Origin: Octopus vulgaris
Lineage: Eukaryota
NCBI GenBank assembly: GCA_951406725.2
Contig: OX597820.1
Span: 128,154,001 to 128,218,000 of the forward strand
Reading direction: 5' to 3'
Length of the DNA: 64,000 nucleotides
Both the position numbers and the translations under genes were made by a program. Below the pieces are notes generated by a model. It was not told where the DNA came from, did not search any database, and saw only the letters and a list, made by a program, of their open reading frames with translations. Below are positions 52,481 to 64,000 of the stretch, piece after piece (position 1 is the stretch's first letter; each line of letters begins with the position of its first letter).

Positions 52481-53443
52481 GCATATGTATATTTTTGCAT
52501 GTATCTATGTGTGTGTGTGTATAGTTTGTGATAGCAGTTGAGAGAGAAAGAGAAGAGACGAGAGAGAGGATAAGACTTTCTGAAAGTCGACAACCAAAAC
52601 ACAGTTTCATTTTAACTTCGATATAAACTCGGGAGACACATTTTTTCGTAGTCGCAAATAGTTTTCCTTTTCCTTCTTTTTCATAATATATTTTCCTTGC
52701 TGCTTTTGTTATTCTCTTTATTTTCTTTCTTTCTTCCTTTCTTTCTTTACGTATCTCTATTTTTTTTTTCTTTTTCTATCTTTTTGTTTCACTTTCGTTT
52801 TCTCTCGTTGAACCAGCGTCTAATAGTATGTGTTTCTATGGAAACAGTAAGTTTTAGTGTGACTTTTTATTACATACTTCTTTAACGCTGAAGGTTTACT
52901 TAGAAAAGATAACGCATTATTGCTCCAGTTTTGGTTTTGCTTTTTCTTTTTCTTTTTGCATGTTGCAACATTAAAAGTAACCGATTATCACCGTATAAAC
53001 TGTATAAGGTTTTTATTGCGCACATTCTCAACACTAGTGACATCTAGTGGTGATTTCTAACGATCTCGGATTTATTGAGGGAGGGATGAGCTGACAAATG
53101 GCGGATTTGGAATGAAGCCACCAAGAGATTAAATATACACATAAACATATGTAAATTTAACTTGTGTTTCATTAACTCCTCTTTCATTGTTCTTGCGTTT
53201 TATGGTCTGTGCAGATAAACGAAAACCCTGGCATCTTTTAGAAGCTTACATTCCAAGTTTTACAAAATAAAAGATAACATTAAAGGCCTATGTTGTGTTT
53301 CATGTGAGTTTGGCGCTTAAATTGTTGGGTTTTTTTATAATTTTTCATCTCTTCTTTTCTCAACAGTTAACTGTAAAGGGGAAAAATAGAAAGTATATTG
53401 CCGTTTATTCAGTATCCAATATATATATATATACCTTTCTCTA

Positions 53444-53545
<102 letters not shown>

Positions 53546-53661
53546 ACACATATATAAACACATATATATACAAACACATATATACATATGTATATACATA
53601 CATACAAACATATATATATACATATGTATATACATATATATATATACATATATACATATAT

Positions 53662-53697
<36 letters not shown>

Positions 53698-56612
53698 GTC
53701 TTTCTTTACCTTTCTCTTATTTATCTGTTTCTATCTCCTTTCCTCTCTCCTTTCCTATTTTGTTCTCTCTCACTTTCTCTCCTATTCCTACTAGCTTACT
53801 CACCTCTTTATCTTCCTTTTTCCGTTTCTTCTCTGTTTTTTTCGTTCTTAGTTACTCCCCATTAATTCACTTCGGTGGTAGTGCCTGAAAAGAAAACGAT
53901 ATTAAGAATTATGACGGTACGACATAAGATCTTAAATTTATAGGAGAGTAGTTATGAAATAGTTTGTTGTGCCATCATATGCAGAATGGAATGAGTTATA
54001 ACCGAGAATTAAATTCGAGACGTGAATGCTTCTTGCTGAATTCTTACTACATATTCTACACATTCTCATCATATTTCCTCCTATATTATCCCTCTGACAT
54101 TGATATTCACTAAACGTTTGTTTTATTGATTCATTTGCTTCCTGAAATATGTGCGGACCAAGAGAGACACCATTATTTTGAAGCAGATATTTCGTTATTG
54201 TTTTTTTTTCCTTAATCTATCACAGACGATAATTTCAACGAAGTTAATAATTCAGTATATGCATTTAGTTCGTTTTACTGGCTCCCATCATCATTACAAA
54301 AAAAAATGTAAATATAAATATTCAGTAGATTATATTTTCCTTTATTTTTTTATCTTCATTTTTTAATATATTTTTTGTTCTTAAAACTAGGCAGTACATT
54401 TTCAATTACTCCAGTAATTCAGGCTTGGACTTCCGTTTTACGATAAAATTATACATTTTAAGAACTTTTTATGATAATTTAATAAAAGCGTTATCTAAAC
54501 AATGTTAGATTTTTCCTCACACGCACTTTTCCTTCCGTTATTCTGCTATTCCACTATTCCCACTCGTGTCTTTTAGGGAAAAATGAAACAAGAGACATCA
54601 GTATTAAAGTTTTATAATGAATTATTCATTTCTTTAAGAATTTACACAACACACACGTCACACGTAAGCACAGATACACATAAACAATCTGCAAATATCT
54701 GATATGACAGAAAGAGAAATAATAGCAAAACAATTTACATGTTTATGTGGACAAAGTGAATTAATGAATCGTTTTAAACTTGACAAACAAAAGTTAAGCG
54801 TCGATAGAAAGGCCAACTACAAAAACGAGCGATAGAGTTTCACATTCTGTCACCGGTATTTGTCTGTCTTCATGACTGAAGCAACGTTCAACAGACCAGA
54901 CAAAGCTAGTAAATAGCCAAGGTCACCTTACTGTCAGCACACTATCCAGCTGTAAACAGATGTCGTAAATAGTAATTGTTTGATAAAATTGGAGACAGTT
55001 TCAGTATCTTCCTGCTAGACAGGCTGCAATTCCAATCGAAACAGGATTGCTTTATTCCATTCATCGGTATCATTTCGCTGTCGTAACAAGCAGCCTGAGA
55101 ATGCTTAATAATTTATTTTTTGCATAATCACGATTTCCTATAAAGTAAGGTCAGTGAAAAGAGATATTTTTCTTTCATATATCGGTAGGTTGTCTAAATC
55201 GGTCTTTAGGAAATGGTCGATTTAGAATGATTGGGATATAGCCTTGCTCAGCTGCCATCTTAAGTTGCTTGTTTGTGAGCAGATAAGAGATAAGCTCGGT
55301 TCGATCGCCTCCATTAGATTTTTTACTGCTTGCTGTGGTCAATGTGCCTTTAGATAGGATAATTCTATGGACATTTGAAGGTTTAATGTAGACATAAACA
55401 GTGGTAGAGATAAGTGTTAGTGTTGAACAGCTGTGGATATGTAAAGACTAGAAAAAGTGTTTGGTTTGATGGTAACTAGTCTGGAACATTTTATTAGGTA
55501 ATTGACTGATGGCAGAGCGACTTGCTTCTTCGAATGCAGGAAAAGAGCTAGCAGTAATAACTGTAACTATTTATATAAGCACAAATTTGCTCATGGATGG
55601 AGATTAACACATATATGCAAAAATGTGTCTGTCGATATTTAAATGTATATCTATGTACGTGTAGCGGAGCATCTATCAGTGAATATCATACATGTTTACA
55701 TATATGTCGGTGAGTCTTTAAAACGCAGTATTGATTTTGCCACAAACGTAGTTTTACTCGAAATACAGCCTAGAAAAGTTATGTTTACAATATTACCATT
55801 CGCTGACCAGCAATAATGGCAAGTAGATGTTTAATGGAATCGACAACGTTACAAAATCCATTATTTCAAGTATTTTTGTACTCTTTCAATTGCTTGCGAT
55901 TGGCAATAAATATATGAAATTTAACGACGCTACAATTTCATGGAATTTTTCAAGTTAAAATCGATGTTGCTTGGCGTTGCTGTTAAGATGACTTGTCAGT
56001 GATATGAAGATGAGATCTGTTAATGTCCTCTGAGCCTCCACAAAACTACGGCTTCGTATTGAGACACAACATACCGTCATGTGTCCTATTTTCGCAACGA
56101 TCGCTTTTCTTATATATTTGTGATGAAACTGGACCGAGGTTAGGTGGTCAGAATAACATTTAAAGAAATTTCCTTAATACCTATTAAAATAGTTCTCAAA
56201 ACAATTTACATTGCATTGTCCATTCATGTTGCCTTACTGATATTATACAGTAATAGAAAATGGACAATATGCATATGATAGCACCTCTCCACTTCTGTAA
56301 TTAAGGGTGGATTTAAAGTTATGATTTTATATATATATTTATATATATTTCGTTTTTGTATTTGGTTTGCAAGATTCTTTATGTGAATTTGTGTGTTGAA
56401 GCATATTTTGCGGTGTCTGGGGAGAGTCATTCTGTTTTAATGCCTTAACACACTCCCCGGTTCAATTTCTACTCATTTATATTTTCTTTTTTCTAAAATT
56501 TTCGTTGCTTCAATAATTGTTGATTCTGTCCGTTTGTGGAACTACGTTCTCTTTGTTTGTTTGTTTGTTTGTTTGTGCACATGTGTGAGCGTCCGTGTGC
56601 ATGTGTATACAC

Positions 56613-56643
<31 letters not shown>

Positions 56644-56813
56644 TGTATGTATGTATGTATGTATGTATTATATTATGTATGTATGTATGTATGTATTATA
56701 TTATATTATTTTATTTTATTTTATCTACTTTCAGCTCACGAGCTGTGGCCATGCTGGGGCACAGCCGTATGTATCTACATGCGTATATATGTTTGTATGT
56801 ATGCGCGTGTGTA

Positions 56814-56853
<40 letters not shown>

Positions 56854-57318
56854 CATGTGTGTACCTTTGCATGTATGAATTCTGCATATTCATGTGTTTG
56901 TGTGTGCATGTTTGTGTGTTTGTATGTGTGTGTGTTGTTATTTCTGAGTGTATCTCTGTCTCCTTGTGTGTGCGTGTTTGAGTGTGTCTGTGTGTATGGG
57001 TTTGTTTGACTATATACATGCGTCTATTATGCATGGATATATATCTCCATGTGTGTCATTGTGTGTGTGTTGAGTATGCGTGTGTGTATAGGCTCTTCTT
57101 TTTTATATATTCTTCACACTGATGAAGCTACATGTTTCAGATCGGTTTTACTAACAAATATGATAAATATTTTAGCATAACGATGACAATACCATACGAC
57201 ATTGGAAGCAGAAACAGCTGTTAGATGAGATGCAGTCTATTTGCATTGAATTAATAAATAATAATTGATGTTAGTCAATTGTTGCTCACCAATATTTCTC
57301 CATTTTCTGTTTAATTAA

Positions 57319-57355
<37 letters not shown>

Positions 57356-57535
57356 GAGAGAGAGAGGGAGGGAGAGCAAAATGCAGACGTAGTTGTGTGG
57401 TAAGAAGCTTGCTGCCCAACCACATGGCTCCGAGTTCAGTTCCACTGTGTTGCACCTCGGACAAGTGTCTTCTATAGCCTCGAGCCGACCAAAGCCATGT
57501 GAGTGAATTTGGTAGGCGGAAACTAAAAGAAGCCC

Positions 57536-57627
<92 letters not shown>

Positions 57628-57702
57628 TTATTTATAAGGAATATAAAATTTGAAGGAATATAAATCCAAACTTACAGGGAAAAAAATTCAATTTAGAAAC
57701 AC

Positions 57703-57754
<52 letters not shown>

Positions 57755-57764
<10 letters not shown>

Positions 57765-57915
57765 GAAATGAGGTACTCAGAAGATCGGATGGTTTATATT
57801 TACAGATATTTATTTGTATATTACATTTTTTATATATATATATGATATCACTTAGATCATTAGCGCTTTCTCCCATTCTAGTGGGGTTTTCAAATCAAAC
57901 ATTTCTTCTAATATA
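57755..57915 (-). mobile_element. 161-bp element with 16-bp inverted ends and a U3-A8 hammerhead-like motif
   Basis: tatattagaagaaatg / catttcttctaatata ends; minus-strand TTGAAAA-cccca-ctagaa-tggga-GAAA-gcgcTA. Confidence 0.55.
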
Positions 57916-57942
57916 TAATACCTGTACATCATCTCCAAACCT

Positions 57943-58013
<71 letters not shown>

Positions 58014-58116
58014 TAAAGAAAAAGAGAAAGAGAAAGAGAGAGTGAGTGAGAAACAAACAGAGACAGAGACAGACAGAAAAACAGACTGATTTAGATAAGT
58101 ATAAATACATATTTAG

Positions 58117-58195
<79 letters not shown>

Positions 58196-59779
58196 TGTGT
58201 GCGCACACGCGCGTACTGTAGTCGATCCCTTTAATTCGCTCTTCTCTACAAATCATTGGCTTAGTACATGTGTAAAAATAAATAGCTTTGCGATTTTCGA
58301 TGAAACTGAGACTGTGGAGCGAATGATAGGCGTTAGGATGGTTTCTAACTGAAACCACTTCGTTACACTTATACAACCTATTCTCTTGGTAACTTTATCC
58401 ATTTCTTAAAATATAAAGCTTTAGTACGTAGTTTCAAAAACAAAATCAATAATTTTACAAGTTTTAATGCTGCTACAGATAGTCTCCCAGCTAGATACTA
58501 TTTATCAGCTGCTGTCAAATATTGTTTAAGCTATAACTGATATTATCACTGCCTGGTCTCACGTTCTCTATCACAACTATTACTACTATCATTACTTGTC
58601 TTATTTCCGCCACCTCCGTCACTACTACTATTAGCATTCACTCATTTATTTTAAAGTCCAATTTACGACTACTTTAACTTGATGGAATCACTTAAGAGAG
58701 AATGAAGTCGTTTCTGTGAAACCATAGCACCAATTACTTTTTACTGAAGACATGCTGGCAGAATACATCAATAATAAATACTAATTAGCGACCATTTTTC
58801 CTGACGCTTAATTTACAATTAAACATTTCTGAATATTTTATACTTGCAATCAATTCCAATTTGTATCACTGTCATATATATAATTTTTATTATATTTATT
58901 TATTTAATATTGCTCAGTCACATACAGGTGAAGTGAAATATATTTTTAAACAAAAGGTCAGTATTGATTAGCGTAAGTAAGTGAAGGCTTACTAATCGAA
59001 TGAATAGGTCCGAGTATCCAAGTATATTACAGGTACTTTATTTTATTGACCTCGAAAGGAAGAGCTGTAGCAAAGTTATAAAAGTTATAAATGCGAAGGT
59101 TTTTAAGCTAGAATTTATTGTCAAGCAATAATACTGATATTCTACCACTATTGTCATCTTTACCATGTTCACATACCTCTACGTAATCGTTTAACATGCA
59201 AGAAATAGTAGTTAGTTCTCCTTCACATCATCTCTTACAATTTTAAAACCAAAGAGACATTCGGTAATGCAGGCTTAGATACATGTACTCAACAAGCTGG
59301 ACAAGTATTGAACCGGCTAATGAATATAGGATGAGTAAATAAACATTTTTCGCAAAACAGGACACTGCTTAGCAAAACAGGGTAGGATAACGCAAATGAC
59401 GAGTAGCAGAATGACTATTTAATTGACTGATGAAAAACGAGTTACAGATCAACAATCCCGCTTAAACAACGTCTGAAGACATTAAACAGGTTATTGCGAA
59501 GACAACGGTGAATAACATAAGAATCAACAAACTGACGAGTAAACGGCAGCTAGAGACAGCATCTAACTAAAACTTTAGAAATCAGTCGGTCAAAACGATA
59601 GACAGTTCTGATAATGTATATAAAACTATACTGAACACCACAGAACAAATGTATGCCTGATGATCGCAAAAGCGTGAAACTCACGGAGCGAGAGAACCGA
59701 TATGACTATTTACATTGGGCGCAACTCATTACATTTGAGTGTACAAGTGAGAGATGGTTATTAAATACATGGAGAGGTG

Positions 59780-62700
59780 TTTATATATATATATATATAA
59801 ACGTTAAATTTCGCAAGTTCCCCTTAAGACGAAATAACCACCTCCAGAAACTGCATACTCTAACCAAGGAACTAAAGACGAAAGAAGGGATCCTGATACA
59901 CGCAGAGAAGACGGATAACCGGTACCATATAAAATACTCTTTATACAACTCACTTCCCAAAAAAGAAATACTGAAAAGCTATAAAATTACTCATTCCAAC
60001 AACTTGACTCAACTTAATTTACAAGCTGAGACAATTGCGGAAAAATATAAGTTAGAGAAAAAACAGAACCATACGAATCTAGAACCCCTAGAATTAATGT
60101 CAAAGACCACAAACCGAACTTTAGCACTAACCCTTGTGTAAGACTTATATACCCCTCGAAATCTGACTTAGCTAGGATAGGCAAACACATTATTGATAAA
60201 TATATACCTACACTTAGGAACATTATAAAACTAAATCTTTGGTCAAGTTCATATGAAATAATTGACTAGTTTAACAAAATCACAACAAAGAAATAAACAA
60301 AATTCATACAGATAGATATATCCAACTACTACGCTTCTATTAAACCAATCCTCCTCAACAAAGCACTTATATCCGCAATTAAAACATCTGAGCTAACTAG
60401 GGATATAGTATTAGCTGCTAGAAAATCAATTATTAAATTCGAGAAAAAATACTGATCAAGAAAAGATAAGCCGGATATGTCTGACATAACAATGGGTTCA
60501 GCTGACCCCGCCCAGGTAACTCATATAATAGGAATTTATATCTTATTCCACCTAAACAAAGAATTTCCAAAAATAGGTGGCGGTCTATACAGGGATAACG
60601 CATTATTCACTCTCCTTAACCCCTCCAGCGTAGAGATGGAAAAATAAAGAAAAAGCTATTCAAGTTCTTTAAAAACATAAAGCTTTCTATCTCAATAGAG
60701 GAGGAGTACAACACAGTCAACTTGTTATGCGTAACACTAGACTTAAGTACTGGAATAGATGTCATATCATAAACCCTATGAAAACCTTAAGTACATTCAC
60801 AAAAATAGTAATCACCCCAAGTCATAACCCAGTCCATAGTAACAAACATTTCAATCCGCATATCGAATCTGTCAGCGACTGAAGAAGTATTTAGATTAAA
60901 CGAGGATTACTACAACTTAGCACTAGAGAAGGCAAGATATGAAGAAAAGTTAGTATTCAACAAGGGAAAGCAAAATAAGGTAGATACACATGGTAAGGTA
61001 ACATAATTATAACACACAGAATAAAAACCCACTAAGCCCCAATATGAGGATAAAGAAACAAGTAAAAGCCAGGAACAATGAGAACATAGGACATAACCGA
61101 AGAGTGAGAAACTCTGGAGAGATTAGCGAGGATTAGCAAGTATGAACCCCGTACGAAAGTAAATAGCCAAAACAACAGCGGAAGCCTTAGTACGCCGCAC
61201 ATTAGAAATGAGGTTAGACCACCATAGACACACGTACGTACACACACACTCAGAACACAAGTAAGGGATACAATAGTAGGCGACCCGCACACCAGAGCAG
61301 GCACCGCAAAACATAAAACACACTAACACTAAAAACTGGACAAAAACCTATGCATATTAAAACCAATAATAATCCTGAGATTACATTGTGGTATATTGTT
61401 CCATTCGTGAAACATAAATTCTAACATTCCTAGACTGTTCTATTCAGCGATAGAAACAACCTTTCCTAAAAATAGCTTGTACCAGAAAATATTTAATAAA
61501 CATAATGTACACCTTGCCTTTTCCAATAGCCGCAACCTAGTACAAATAATATCAGCCTATAATGTAAGTAACCTCTACAACTTCTAAAGGAATCCTAGTA
61601 ATCCGAATCTGAATAATAGGGGGAAAATAACTAACAACAGAAGGAATATAGGCGATGAGACTTGTAGCATGCACTGAAGTAAGGGAAAATGTTAAAAGAA
61701 AAATCAGCAGTCAAAGGGAAACAATCCTAACAAATTCATTCAGAGATATAGAAGTAGAAGAACGAATCGCTAGAAAGAGCATCACCAAAACTAATATCCA
61801 TAGGGAATTAATACCGGATTAGAGGAACAAAGGATAGGAGAGACTTCTAGTGAAGCCAATAAGATGATAAATAATAGAAATAGACAAACAGATTTATACA
61901 AGTATGCCCGTTAAACTCAAAATGTAAAACTAAGAACTTAGTCTATAGATGTAAAGTTATCTCGGAGGAAATGAAATACAATCAATTAGGTGTCAGCTCT
62001 GTGTTTTTATTTTTCCTAAAGAAAAAACGACTGACCAATCATTTAAATTCCTTTAGAGAGAGGAAAAAATAAATGATACAAGCCTAAGTAAACTAATTTG
62101 GTCAATTAAAAACAAAAACAATAGCTGTACTATCGATTGAGAGCAAATTATTACTGCTAAGCCTTATCGAGCAGGGGGAATAGATGCGACCCTTGCGGAG
62201 AGGAACTATACCAAATATTTACATCAAAGCACGCATAAATTGATACAAGACATGAACAAGCCCTTAGATGTTTACACGAACACGGTTGGACCTTTAAGGA
62301 ATATAAAAATAATTCTAGATAGCCAACACCCTAGCAACAAGTGGGATTGATATAACAACTAGAACAGCATAACCTAAACATAAAAAATATTCAACAACCA
62401 TCATAAAAAAATATCCTACACAATGTACAACACAAATAATGCGCAGCCCAACCAAAAGATATATATATAAGCAAACAACAACCCTTCAATACAAGCACTA
62501 CACTCGAAATCAAAAATAACACACACAACCATTAAAAAAAACAAAGAGCCTCACTAAAGCAACAATTTCAACCTTAACCTATGTTAAGACTAAGCCCTAA
62601 CTCGGACAGCGACTAGGCTGAAGTTGAGGTCAACAGTATATATCTATAAATAAAAACACACCCACCTCTCACAGAACACTAATTAGCAAAACTTTACGGC

Positions 62701-62830
62701 CATAATTTCACTTTGAGGATGACCAAGTGGACGGATCTTCATCAAGCTGCACCGACAATACTACAAGGTTTCATTTGTAACAGTGAATAGTCGCTGCAGC
62801 GGAAACACGTATAGCTTTTTATTATTAATA
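59780..62830 (+). mobile_element. Decayed near-full-length Penelope-like element (RT plus C-terminal GIY-YIG; Naiad-like by motif style)
   Basis: LIHAEKTDN, FIQIDISNYYASI, DITMGSADPAQV, GLYRDNAL, KYIHKNSNHP, KIFNKHNV, KCKTKNLVYRCKV, DTSLSKLIWSIK, AKPY; many stops and frameshifts; AC-rich 3' region. Confidence 0.85.
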
Positions 62831-62837
62831 TAAATGA

Positions 62838-63222
62838 CTAGCAGTATCGCCCGGCGTTGCTCAGGTTTGTAAGGGAAATAACTATAAAGCATTTTTAGAG
62901 AGTTATAGCCAAAAAATAGCAAAAAAAATGGAAAAAAATTATGGTAAATTTTTTTTGAGAGTAAAAAAAGGTGGAGTTGCGTCCCCTAGACAGTTTGCGG
63001 TTTGTGTTTCTGATTCTCGACCCCATGTCGAATTTATCGATTTTTTTCAGAACTGGTGGAACTTTTCAAAATTGTCGCTGCGTTAGTTTTGAATTATGAC
63101 ATTGGGCTATGTGTGTGTCAAGTTTCATCAGAATCGGTTGAAAGCCGTGGTTAGGGTGAGGGTACAAGCAAACAGACACACAGAAACACGCACAGACAAA
63201 CTGCCGTTTATATATAGAGAGA
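62838..63222 (-). mobile_element. Non-autonomous Helitron
   Basis: Minus strand begins TC (tctctctatatata) and ends CTAG, with an imperfect GC hairpin ~10 nt upstream; inserted between A and T with no TSD. Confidence 0.75.
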
Positions 63223-63433
63223 TAATTAATATTAATAAGCACTCCAAACAAATTTTACTGTCCAGCGAAGGGAACACGGAATTACTTATCGGGAGAATTC
63301 ACGGAGTGGCTAACAACTAAAGGTAGTCAAGGATGTTTAGATACTGATAGTTGTGGTTAGCCGTTAACCGGAACTTAGCTGAGAGCTAATACGATATCCG
63401 CCCGGATAATACATCCTTCCAAACTCATCACGT

Positions 63434-63467
<34 letters not shown>

Positions 63468-64000
63468 CGCGCCACAAACAGCATTAGATTAAAAAAATAA
63501 CTATGTATATATTGCAAATATTTTTGCAGAACAGCATTAGCTGTAATATTTTATTTAATAATGACTTGAGTGCTACAAAATACACTATTCGCTATGATTA
63601 TGATTGTCGAATCGTCAGAAACGGTGTTTTGACCTCATTTTGCTTCTTGAATATCAAATACCACTAGACTGAGTTAAGCCGAAAAATGCTTGTTACTATA
63701 TAGAAATCGGTAGCTATACATTCACTCAGAATGTCAATGTTCGTCACTAGAGAACCTAAACAAGTTGGAAACACCGTGTTTGAGGATTCACCGACGATAT
63801 TCTGAGCGAGTGCTGTGCTTCAATTTCCTTTTATTAAATTAGTCAGAAATAAGAAGATGAAATATCCATGATGTTTTCAGAACTTCACAAGCTGCTGGTA
63901 TTGGCATGGTTGGGTTAATGATCAGCTGTTCGTCAATGTTTGCAAAGAAAAGCATGGGTGATGAATGTACTGCAGAAGTGGACTTCAGAAGTGCCCTATC

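Noticed and set aside
56490-56520. Minus-strand ttgaagcaacgaaaattttag as a hammerhead
   Set aside because: The 5' strand of stem II and part of the core are missing; it cannot be supported from this copy.
62714-62815. Hammerhead at the 3' end of the long PLE (ttgagga...gaaacacgta)
   Set aside because: Expected position, but stems I-III could not be paired convincingly by eye.
63840-64000. Possible coding exon at the window edge
   Set aside because: Short open frame with no identifiable motif, truncated by the window.

Overview
AT-rich, microsatellite-saturated eukaryotic DNA with no recognisable host exon. The SINE, microsatellite and Penelope content suggests a coleoid cephalopod, probably Octopus (inference from repeat style, not a database match). 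Most ORFs in the supplied track are microsatellite read-through. Real coding signal is limited to decayed transposons: a full-length mariner interrupted by an ORF1-only retroelement, Tc1 and maT-type remnants, RTE-, CRE-, R4- and CR1-like LINE pieces, two Penelope-like elements (PLEs), Helitron/Helentron and piggyBac-type non-autonomous elements, and many tRNA-derived SINEs. The best candidate for a new system is a non-coding array at 15916-16918. It has ~356-357 bp tandem units, each carrying a minimal type I hammerhead ribozyme with a palindromic helix III, inside a large inverted duplication; this matches the architecture of circRNA-producing non-LTR retrozymes. At least seven more hammerhead-like motifs lie in PLE-type termini, mostly at (TA)n tracts. 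They include non-canonical G3-C8 and U3-A8 core swaps, and most families have their own helix-III palindrome. All folds were derived by eye and activity is untested.
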